Part shown: positions 11,031 through 19,731 of the stretch, one piece after another | Layout: each line of letters begins with the position of its first letter | How positions within the stretch are numbered: the first letter of the stretch is position 1 | Assembly (NCBI GenBank): GCA_003971905.1 | Contig: RSEE01000168.1 | Span: 50,461-70,460, forward strand | From: Moniliella sp. 'wahieum' | Lineage: Eukaryota | Direction of reading: 5' to 3' | Length of the DNA stretch: 20,000 nt | Program-made: the position numbers and the translations under genes | The notes under the pieces: generated by a model | The model's database searches: none | Told to the model about the DNA's origin: nothing | Seen by the model: only the letters and a program-made list of their open reading frames with translations

Positions 11031-12483
11031 TCAAGTGTACCAGGTGGGGGTGGGAAGGCCATCAGGGATGCCCTGCAGCGCAAACGACCCACTTCAGCTT
11101 TCTTGTGAGCGATGGGGTCGTGGAGGAATATGGGTGCGCAAATCGCGTCCGGCCACATCCAAAGAACCATACTTGGCATGCAATTGAGGGCGCCCTGCAA
11201 CTCCCAAACTTTGGTCGTCATCCAGTCCAACTTCGGCAATGACCACCTTGGCTGCCGCAATGCGTACTGCCCATTCCCCCCGCGTGACCGCCGGAGCGCT
11301 TCTCTCTCAGCCACGTGAATGTCGGAACACTTTCCTTGACCACTTGTTCGATCAACGCGGCAGCAGCCCAGACTTTGCCCTGCCAAGACACCGTAGTCAA
11401 TCTGGATGTACGCCTCGTCGGTCCCGCGACTGACGGCGTGGGCGTCGGGCACAAACGGCCACGCACGGTTGTTTCTCTCGTATAGGCCAGGCCACGGGCC
11501 AGGGCGCCTTCAGAATGCCAAGGTAAAACGAAGTGAAGACCAATTGGATTACGGGGAGGTTGAGCGTGTTGTACGGTCCCAAAGGGGTAAACGTGAACTG
11601 ACCCCCTTGTTGGCTCCAACCAAAGGCTCCTCAAAGGGCACACGGACGTTCGAAATGGAAATCCCACCACTCTGCGTGCCACGCATCCCAAGCGTATCGA
11701 CCCATTCGTCACCATAACGCAATCCCTTCTTGTTTACTGGGCACAGCCACAAACACATGCTGGCCCTCATGCGCTTGGCCCGCAGCGAACACGCCCTCCA
11801 AGATAGTCAGGTCCGACACCTTACTTCCTGTTGAAAAGGACTTCTTGCCATTGAAGATGAGCTTGGTGGGGTCTTGCGGGTCTTGCACCACGCTCAGATC
11901 CGTATCACGTGGGTTCACTGCGCCTCCAAAAAGAGTTGGTTCCGGGTCGCATGTTCCTGCAGCGTGCGGATCTGCGCTGACGTGCCAACCAAGTTCACAG
12001 CCCAGAACCAAACGTAGTGGTACCTAATATCATAATAGGCTTGATGTCAGCAGCCTGGCCCCGTCGATCATCTCAGATCTCATCGTCGAGAAAGAAGGGC
12101 AGGGCAGAGAAGAGAAGCAAGCAAAAACGTACCCCAACAGCTGGGCCAAACTTCCATCGCCCCGAGCCACGATCCGAACCACGTCATAGGCCACATCCCA
12201 CTGTTGTCCGCCTCCGCCTACAGCAGTCGGGCCGAGGACCCGTGAGACCAGCGTCTTTGAGAAGTTGGACCTGGCGGTACGGCACCACGTTTGCCCGGTC
12301 CCGCACCGCCTCGTCCTTGTGCAGCAGCTCGGCCACTTCATCGGCACGCTGGAGAAACTGCTGCCGCGTGGTTGGCTGGGACGAGAAGGCGGGGTAGGTG
12401 ACCAGCTCGGATCGGCGCTGATTCGCTGGGCCCCCGACACGGCGGGGACACCACACTGTACGCGCGGGGAGGGGGAGGGACAT
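11031..12483 (-). CDS. DszC/SfnB-like flavin-dependent monooxygenase (acyl-CoA dehydrogenase fold; 'desulfurizing enzyme' family), 2 exons, many apparent deletions
   Basis: Pieces in order: RADEVAELLHKDEAVRDRANVVPYRQVQLLKDAGL; GGGGQQWDVAYDVVRIVARGDGSLAQLLG|YHYVW; GGAVNPRD; FNGKKSFSTGSKVSDL; DEWVDTLGMRGTQSGGISISNVRVP; IQLVFTSFYLGI; AAAKVV; LHDPIAHKKAEVGR; PTPTWYT* (TGA 11033-11031). Confidence 0.88.
12024..12132 (-). other. Spliceosomal intron (109 nt) in the DszC-like gene
   Basis: GTACGT donor, GCTGAC branch site, TAG acceptor; splicing gives the family motif LLGYHY. Confidence 0.88.
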
Positions 12484-12564
12484 GCTTGGAGCTGGTGGGG
12501 GGGATTGACGCTGGAGGTGCAGATGGTACGGTAAGCTGGAACCAGAATGACAGCTGACTCCCAG

Positions 12565-12571
12565 TTTTATA
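12565..12571 (-). promoter_or_regulatory. TATA box of the DszC-like gene
   Basis: TATAAAA on the minus strand about 82 nt upstream of the ATG at 12483. Confidence 0.65.
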
Positions 12572-13026
12572 GCATCTCTTCCCCCTCCCCTCCCCCTCCT
12601 CCCCTCCTCCCCTCCCTCCGCTTCCCTCCTACAGCGTCGCGCGCAAGAGCCCTGTTCTGGGGTATCAGAGCGTGGGAGGGGTCATCGGACCGAGCCGACC
12701 ACCGGAACCGACCACCGGAGCGGAGCGACGTCGAGTGTGTCATTGTTGTTGAGGAATGCGCGATAACATGGGATTGGCACTTGACGCCTTGACACGGAGG
12801 CTGCCCAACATCCTCTCCGCACGCCAATCTCTGACGACGTGCTTGGTTGTCGATGCGACGGGGTGGTGTAAGGAATAAGCCCAGTAACGAGAGCGGTTCC
12901 CGTGGGGCAAACGTCAAACGAGCACTTGGGGGACGCACGCCATGCGCATCATGCAATCCGTGGGGCTGCGGCACAAGATGGAATCCACAACGGCCTGCGT
13001 TTTGTCCATGTCTATCTCTCTTGGGA

Positions 13027-13074
13027 TGATTGGTCGATGGTCGATAGTCGATTATCTCATCCGTCGACCAATCA
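13027..13074. repeat. 14-bp inverted repeat (13/14 match) overlapping a TGGTCGA-type heptamer triplet
   Basis: TGATTGGTCGATGG (13027-13040) versus CCGTCGACCAATCA (13061-13074); TGGTCGA TGGTCGA TAGTCGA tandem; each arm carries a CCAAT box. Confidence 0.8.
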
Positions 13075-13153
13075 AGCACGCGAATCACGTACCCGTCTCC
13101 GGCGTCTGATGATGCGATTGGAAATGCTGATTAAGCTGATTGATGAAGCGTGG

Positions 13154-13280
13154 CACGTGCGCCCATTGAAACTTTGGGCAGGCGTCCCACCAACCCTAGC
13201 AACAGGGCGCAAGGAATGCGCCACACTCCCCCCCGCCACACAGGGCCACAGCACGCCACGCGAGATAGGCTAACCCTAGC
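13154..13280 (+). promoter_or_regulatory. RPL33 promoter elements: CACGTG E-box plus two telo-box/Tbf1-like AACCCTAGC motifs
   Basis: CACGTG at 13154-13159. Identical AACCCTAGC at 13192-13200 and 13272-13280, the second inside near-palindromic TAGGCTAACCCTAG. Function is inferred from known ribosomal-protein promoter motifs. Confidence 0.55.
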
Positions 13281-13390
13281 TGGCAGCGGCGATCGCATGC
13301 TCTGGCCCGCAGGCCGCCTGCCGCTCGGCCCATCCATCCGCTCGCGGCGGCTGCGTTCCCCGTTCTACCCGACCATCCTCCACTGCTGCC

Positions 13391-13753
13391 ATGAGCCGTC
13401 TGTACGTCAAGGTCGATCCAGGCCACCAGCGCTCCAAGCAGTCTCCACCCGCACACCTCGCTCGTGCAGATTGACGGGGTGGCGAGCCAGGCCGACGCGC
13501 AGTTTTACCTCGGCAAGCGCATCGCACGTCTACAAGGGCACCAAGCAGATCCGCGGTACCACCGTGCGTGTCATCTGGGGCCGCATCACGCGTGCCCACG
13601 GCAACTCGGGCATTGTCCGGCCAAGTTCGCTACCAACATCCCTCCCGCTGCGTTTGGAAAGAGTGTGCGCGTCATGCTCTATCCCTCGAACAGTATGTCC
13701 TGCCTTGCTTCTTTTTGGACCGGCGCTCACCCCCGTCTCTGCACACAGTCTAA
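13391..13753 (+). CDS. RPL33: 60S ribosomal protein eL33 (L35Ae family; yeast Rpl33), 2 exons, several apparent small deletions
   Basis: MSRLYVK...GHQRSK...[25 protein letters not shown](Y)[31 protein letters not shown](A)[24 protein letters not shown]. Lesions near 13415, 13445, 13525 and 13620. Confidence 0.96.
13693..13748 (+). other. Spliceosomal intron (56 nt) splitting the last codon of RPL33
   Basis: GTATGT donor, GCTCAC branch site, CAG acceptor; splicing gives A|TC TAA, the canonical YPSNI* end. Confidence 0.9.
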
Positions 13754-14096
13754 TGTATAACAAAATGAGTCGTCTTGCTGGTGGGGCAGCTGGGTCAGAA
13801 TACAAAGAGAGTGTGGGAAAAGTGACGACCCCCAAGTCAAAAATCCGGGCTGACATACCTCACCATTGGTTGCATGATCGACAATCACTGATGTAAAACA
13901 GTCCCGGAAGACTAACCGAGGGTTGCAGATCGAGCCGGACTTTGCATGATGGCCACCGTTTTGAAGCCCCCGTACATTGCGTCACCCGATGAAGCCGAAA
14001 TACGATGCGCCGCAACGCGGACTATACCATCTATTGCTCGATCTACATATCTATCTATCTAGCGTGTTCATTTTTGTGTGGGCAGTTTTTTGTATT

Positions 14097-14883
14097 TTAC
14101 AAGTCGAGATCGAATGCATCGTCGCCCACGTCTTCGAACACGGGCATGGTTTGCGGCGCCTCGCGCACCTCGACCTGTTGGGCTGTAGGCTCCTCCCTCA
14201 CCTCCCCCCCTCGGCCGGAGAGGGACAACTGTAGCGACCGGGCCCAGTGCGAAGGCGCTGTTGCGAATCAAGCCTTCGTCGGGGAAAGGGTAGTGCGCCG
14301 TTCGGCTGTCCTTCTCCTTGTCGGCCTCTTCCGGCGGAGCGCAGTAACGCCGGCCAGCCTGGCGGCGTAGGTGAGTGTGTCTCCCAACGGCAATGGGTCT
14401 GTGGGCAGATCAGGCGGTCAGTTACCATTGCATCCCATCCATCCCATCCCATAGCATAGCATACCAGCCTCGTTACGAGAGCCAGCTGAGACGGCAACGT
14501 ACGCGCTTCCGCATGGTGAATCTGCTCCAACTCTTTCGCCCCGGCTTGGGTTAGGTCGAGCAGGCTGGACTGGCACAAGGCCAAGTGAGAGAGCGTGGCT
14601 GCATCCGTTTTCGCGCAACTTGAGCTCGCTCTCCAGCTGCACCATGCGCGTATGGTCGCGTTGGTGTTGGTGAGCGAGGTGGACATGCGCACCAACGTGT
14701 GCGTTCGAGCTGGTCCACTTGGCGCAGCAGCGCTTCCACCTGTTCGCGCCTCTTGGTCAGCGACGCACTGTCTACCCTGCCTGCCCTGGAACAGAGCAGG
14801 TCCAGCACGCCCTCACTCAGCTCCGAAAAACGTTCGGCATCCCGCCGCAGGAGCACCGACATGGCCACCCGCTCGTCGGCCAT
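14097..14883 (-). CDS. MED4: Mediator of RNA polymerase II transcription subunit 4, 2 exons, several apparent deletions
   Basis: N-terminal helical/coiled-coil region (ORFs 14551, 14198, 14418). After splicing it reads AEA|HPLPLGDTLTYAARLAGVT-APP...HYPFPDEGLIRNSAF with acidic tail FEDVGDDAFDLDL*. This matches the Med4 pattern L.YA.R....T.AP / PFP.E...R / terminal DLDL. Confidence 0.75.
14399..14502 (-). other. Spliceosomal intron (104 nt) in MED4 containing GGGAT/GCTAT pentamer microsatellites
   Basis: GTACGT donor, ACTGAC branch site, CAG acceptor; the frame is restored on splicing. Confidence 0.8.
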
Positions 14884-14937
14884 GGCGATTGGCGATTGGC
14901 GATTGACGATGGCGATGAGCGATTGGCGATTGGCGGT
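14884..14937. repeat. (GGCGATT)n heptamer array, about 8 units, directly abutting the MED4 start codon
   Basis: Minus strand reads ...AATCGCC AATCGCC AATCGCC ATG; contains four CCAAT. Confidence 0.92.
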
Positions 14938-15504
14938 GGGGGGTGCAAGTTGGTCAACGTACGTTCAACTTTCAGGGGAGAACGGTGAACAAATGAAATG
15001 GAAATGCACTTTTGACCGCACCGCATGGAATAGTTGCAGCGAATCCTCAGATTACCCTGGCACGTACGAAATGGGCATGACATGGACACTTCCCTCGCCA
15101 AATGAGTAGGAACCACTCCGCCTATCCGCAACCAAGCCCCGCTTCGCTACCCAAGTAGGAGCCCTCGATAACGGCGTCGACCACCAACTCTTTTCGCACC
15201 CTATCATCTCTATATATCCTATCAATCATGGCCTTTAGGCCGTACCTTTTCCACGTATCATCGGTATCTGTGCCGGCCTCCTACGTCAAAGCACTTGGCC
15301 AAGCGAAGGGAACCGTATATACTACGACTTGACTATAGCGGACGATATAGTGGGTAATCCTACAGCTTTTTTTCTCCCTCTTCACTACTTCGCTCTGCAT
15401 CACTACTGTCACTCCCTGTTTGGCCCCCCTCCCCACTGGGCCCGAATCCAGAGAAAAGCGAAAGGGAGCCGAGACTACACGGACTACGAGTGCCAAAGGG
15501 CGAC

Positions 15505-15571
15505 ATTGCGAATTGCGAATTGCGAATTGCGAATTGCGAATGCGAATTGCGAATTGCGAATTGCGAATTGC
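15505..15571. repeat. (ATTGCGA)n heptamer array, 9-10 units
   Basis: Five perfect units, one unit missing a T, three more perfect units and a partial unit. Confidence 0.97.
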
Positions 15572-15698
15572 TAATGCTCATTGCTACAGCGTACAGTGCG
15601 GAACGAGGGAAGAGGCGAGTAGGGGGAAAGGGGGAAGGGGGAGCAGGAAACAGAGCATAGAGCGGCCGGCTCAGCCTGAGCTGAGCGTCAGCTGAGGG

Positions 15699-15725
15699 TT
15701 CAAGCTTCAAGCTTCAAGCTTCAAG
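15699..15725. repeat. (TTCAAGC)n heptamer array, about 4 units, with degenerate TTCAA copies to about 15780
   Basis: TTCAAGC TTCAAGC TTCAAGC TTCAAG; same unit as at 591-607. Confidence 0.93.
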
Positions 15726-15831
15726 TTCAGTTCAACCGAACGTTGTTCAACCTCAACGTCCCGCTTCAACTTCAGCTTGAGCGCACAGACAGGCCGCAAG
15801 CGCAGGCGGGGGAGGCCGACGAGGGGCTCCC

Positions 15832-15896
15832 AAGAAGAAAAACAAATCAAAACAAAACAAACAGAAGCCAAAACCAAATACGAAACCAAACGCCAA
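15832..15896. repeat. Degenerate (AAAAC)-like low-complexity tract; U-rich on the PDE transcript strand
   Basis: AAGAAGAAAAACAAATCAAAACAAAACAAACAGAAGCCAAAACCAAATACGAAACCAAAC; probable PDE 3' UTR/terminator. Confidence 0.75.
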
Positions 15897-16007
15897 CCCC
15901 GCCCAAGGCGGATTCAGATAAAACGTAACGCGGAACGAGGCTGCAAGATGAGCGAGTGAAGGACGTGAGGCGGGGAAGGATAAGGTGAGCTGGGCGGAAG
16001 GATCGGA

Positions 16008-16045
16008 GATCAGACGATCAGACGATCAGACGATCATCGATCAGA
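16008..16045. repeat. (GATCAGAC)n octamer array at the PDE stop codon
   Basis: GATCAGAC x3, GATCATC, GATCAGA. Confidence 0.92.
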
Positions 16046-19000
16046 TGGGTCCCGCGGGGCGGTGGGCGGGGAGCAAGTCGGCTTCGGAGCGAGCGCGCAG
16101 GCGCGCGGATGACGCTCTGAACAAGGGTGAGAATGGTGCTCTGTACCACCTTGAGCGCCTTGGCCGGGGGCAAGGGACCTTCCTCGGTCGCATGTGCCGG
16201 GACAAAGATCGCGGGCACGGCCAGGTCGGAAGAGGCAAAGAGCTGAGCGATCCGTTGGGCACTAGCTTCTTGCGGTACCTCCTTGGCTGCAGGCGGCGAC
16301 TCGGCCGACCCAATCCGTTCCATAACATGCGCCAGGTGCTCTTTCCACGTCTCGTGGTTCGCACGCGCCATGTTGTGAAACACTTGCAGATCTGCGCGTG
16401 CGCAAGGACAAAGTCAGTAGTCTGGAACAAACGCGCGGTCCAAGTCCCCGAGAGGAGGAGGAACCGAGAACCACACCACAACCAAAAAGCAAGAAGACGT
16501 ACCAGGAAACGCGCCCCCCAACGCTTCAAAGTGCGGCACGGCAAACACCTCCATAAAGTAAATCTGGCCGCGGGCCAGGGCAAATTCCTCGGGCAATTGA
16601 CGGAGGGGACCGAGTGGGCGGCGTACAAAGTGCCAGACATGTGGTGTCCGCCGCCGCCGCCGGCACGGCAGACAGCTTGAGCCGCACTGCATCGTCGTAC
16701 CGAGCTTTCGACGATGGACAGTCGGATTCGTCCCCTTCCACCTCCACCTCGGCGTCCGACTCGTCGGTTGAGCAAGGGGACTGTCGACCTGCGCTGGCGC
16801 CGCACCCACCGTGACGGGCAACGCACAGCCCTGCTCCAAATCACGTTGTCGTGCCCATTCCCTCCGAAGCGCAACGGACCAGTGCCGGCCGATCGGAAGG
16901 CGGCGCAGCGGATTGCATATGTCACTCGACTTGAGCAAGGCGCAGCACTGAAGCGTGACCTGGTCCGTGGTAAAGCGCGCATCATGGCGCCTGTCTCGTG
17001 GACCGAGGTGGTAGCCTCCGTCAGGTGCGGCGTCAAACTCTGCAGAGCAGAGAGGTAGTTAAAGTGCAGGCCATGTCGGTGGAGAGGATGCACATGTGCA
17101 TCAGTTCGCCCAGCCGCGTGCGTTTTGCGCACGTCGGGGCGCACAGGGCAGAACCAAGTTGGCCAACACGTCGCTCGGCGGCGGAGGCTCGTCGTACGCG
17201 CACGCCTCAAAAATAAGAGTGTCGAGACCGTAGGCAGCCATGCACTCCTCCAGCATCAGCGCGTGTAGTTTTCCAACGGCGACTTGCCCTCGAACGCTTG
17301 GCTCAGGGGGGCCTTGCCATTGACGAGGAATTTATTGGATAAGCCCATGTGGCCCGCATCGTGTCCAATCGCGGCAAAGAGAACCATCAGCACATCCGCT
17401 GGCTCCAGCGGGGAGCGGACAATGTGAGCAGCGGCCTGGGCCCACTGCCGGCCCATATGGGGCACTCTCTCGATCAAGAACTGCGTCGGCGGTATGGCGC
17501 CAATCTGGACAAGAAAGTAGTAGGATGCCTGGAACACGTCAACAGCATGCACAAATTGTGGTAGGCCACCGCGGGGGTCGTAGAGGCGTCGGATCGAGTG
17601 CAAAAAGCCGGAGATGGAGGAAAGCGTGATGCCCAGTGATCGCCCAAGGTCCGATAAGGTGGCAGGGGCGTGTCGAGGGGCGTATCGAGCCGCGGTTCCC
17701 TTCCACCGAGCGAGGCGAGATATCGTTCGGCTTCGGCTACGCTGGCAGGCATGTAGAATGCCGTTTCAAACACCAACTCGCACAGCATGGCCAATTCGTT
17801 CTCTTCCAACCCATGTGGCGCAAATTCCCAGGAATTGGTTAGCGCCGCCATCTCGACCCGCGACCGAGGCATCCGCGTTCTCTGTGGCCGAGATCGGCTG
17901 CGATGCGTGCGGGGCCTAGGCCCCGTAGAATCATTACTAAATGCACGCGTCATCGCTCGTTCGGTGGGGCAGGTGAGGGTGGCGGTGGAGCTACGATGCG
18001 AGGGAGCCGAGGGAACGCATAGGGATGATGGGGGGCTCCCAACGGCATCCAGTACCACTTCTTCTTCCTCGCCCGAAGGGCGGCCGGCGCATCGGCCAGA
18101 GGCAATGTGTTGTGGGTAGGAGAAGGGCTGTAGGAAGCCGGCTTGGAAAAGGAGTAGGCCTCCAACCCTTTGCGCAGCTGTTCCATTGTCCCATCTGCCT
18201 CGGAGCCAGGCACGGGGGCGGGACATGTGCTGGGCCCAGCTGGTCCCCGGTCGGAAGCGCCGCATCCGCCGTCGCTGGCCGCGGTAATTTCCTTCTTCTC
18301 CTTCTCAGCGGCGTGGAAGCAACAGGGCGTAGCGATGCCCATCCGGCTCGGCGGGAATCGCACTGGATCGGAAGGGTAGGTAATGGACTGGGATGGCTCC
18401 TGGCTCGGTCCAGCTGCCAAGTCGGCCGTGCTGCCCTGCGCACCAAAGGAGAGAGGGTGGTTTCTGGCTCCGCATACTCGTACTGGAACGCCGACAAGAG
18501 CTGGTTGATGGCAGTGGTGGCGATGGGTGCGGTGACCTGGCGCCGCCCCCGGCCTGAGGCGGGGCTGGTGGGCGTCTCGACGGCTTGAGGGACGAGGGCG
18601 GGGGGTAGTGGTGCGCCTGGGCGGGACAAGAGGCGAGGCACTGGCGCGGCTGGTGGGGCGGGAGGGGATGGGGTGGGCACTGCGTCGACCTTCAACGGGC
18701 CAGGGGTGGGTGGAGACATGACCACGAAAACGCTTCCCGCGAGCAGGCGGAAGGGGTGGAAGCAGAAGAGTGCAGCAGGCGCTCGTCCGAGCGAGGGTGA
18801 CTGCGCAGCCTGGGCATGGGCATCGGATGGGGGGGTCGTCGCCTGCGGGGGAGAGACGGACGGTGCCGGCGGAGCCTACGCTTGCTGCACTGCCGCGCCG
18901 GTCGTCGAGATCGATGCCAAAGCCGAGCACGGCGGAGGCGGGGGGCGCGTCGGGGTCGCCATGGGGGCGAGGCGGGTCTTGCGAGTCGGGGGCAGGGGGC

Positions 19001-19438
19001 GGGAGCATGCTTCCATGGCCGAGGCAGCCAGCGGGCGGAAGATGCGGGAGCGCAGGGGCGGGGGCGCTGGGTGGCTGGGCCTGGCCTGGGCCTGGGGGGC
19101 TGAGGCGGAGGCAGCGGCTGGGGCGGAGGGAGCGGGAGCGGGAGCGGGAGGCGGAGAAGAAGGAGGGCTGGGAGGGCTTGTCGTCGCCGTGGCTGTCGCG
19201 GGTGGCGAGGCTGGTGGTGCGCTCTCCTCGCTGGACCAAGAGCCGTGGTGCTCGGAGCCGTCGTGGCTGCTGGGGGCGGAGGAGGAGGCGCGGGAGCGGG
19301 CATCGAGCAGGGCGGCGTCCCAGGCGGCGGCAGTGGCGGCGGCGGTGGGGCTGGCTGTGGGGCTGGCGGCCTGCGGTGGGGCGCGGCTGGTGCGGATGCT
19401 GGCGCGGGGCTGGGCCTGGGCACGACGGGCACCGACAT
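16041..19438 (-). CDS. PDE2: Class I (HD-domain) cyclic-nucleotide phosphodiesterase, Pde2 type, with a long low-complexity N-terminus; many apparent deletions
   Basis: PDEase_I motifs in order: NSWEFAPH; AYHN..HAVDVFQASYYFL; AAIGHDAGHMGLSNKFL; SPLENY(H); CILSTDM(A)LHF; LLKSSDICNPLR....HWSVALRREWARQ; LARGQIYFMEVFAVPHFE; MARANHETW. The start (gccATG at 19438) and stop (TGA 16043-16041, alternative 16018) are best guesses because of the frameshifts. Confidence 0.88.
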
Positions 19439-19582
19439 GGCGGGGCGGGGGAGGTGGTAGTCGGGGGCGGAGGGGGGGCAGATGGCCACGCACACGCACA
19501 CGGCAAGCAGGGCACCCAAGGAAGCGAGAAGTGCCAGCGTGCGGCCTGCTTCGCTGTGCTCTGGGCGGTGGGTGCTAGCCAG

Positions 19583-19731
19583 GTGACTTGGTGACGAGCC
19601 CTGTGATGGGACGCTTCAAGCTGCACGCGTGACTAGTGAGCAATGGTTACTATTTTGCCAAGCGAGTGACCAGTGACTAGTGAACTGGCCACCGCACCTG
19701 GCCGCAGCGACAGTGACATGTGACATGTGAC
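19583..19731. promoter_or_regulatory. Cluster of eight GTGAC motifs, partly as heptamer tandems, upstream of PDE2
   Basis: GGTGACTTGGTGAC, GTGACTAGTGA, AGTGACC AGTGACT AGTGAAC, GTGACAT GTGACAT GTGAC. The motifs are seen directly; a regulatory role is inferred. Confidence 0.5.

Noticed and set aside
3608..13753. Cryptic peroxisomal targeting (readthrough or alternatively spliced PTS1) in genes near PEX14
   Set aside because: No TGA-CTA readthrough context or SKL-like end was seen: the DszC-like gene ends TGA TAA, the oxidoreductase EQS-TAA, and the hydrolase WRI-TGA ATT.
13391..14883. RPL33 and MED4 as pseudogenes, or programmed frameshifting
   Set aside because: Lesions are short deletions with conserved residues and splice sites intact, spread over most genes and lacking a common slippery motif; sequencing error is more parsimonious.
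15505..15725. Repeat arrays as a CRISPR array or telomeric repeat
   Set aside because: 7-bp units with no spacers, eukaryotic context, no cas genes; not TTAGGG-like and internal to a gene-dense region.
1..19438. A co-regulated biosynthetic or nutrient-starvation gene cluster
   Set aside because: No backbone synthase or cluster-specific transcription factor is present; the enzymes are interleaved with housekeeping genes (PEX14, RPL33, MED4).
17950..19626. 558-aa ORF and antisense 301/274-aa ORFs as separate genes
   Set aside because: These are frame fragments or antisense shadows of the low-complexity PDE N-terminus; stop codons are scarce at this GC content.
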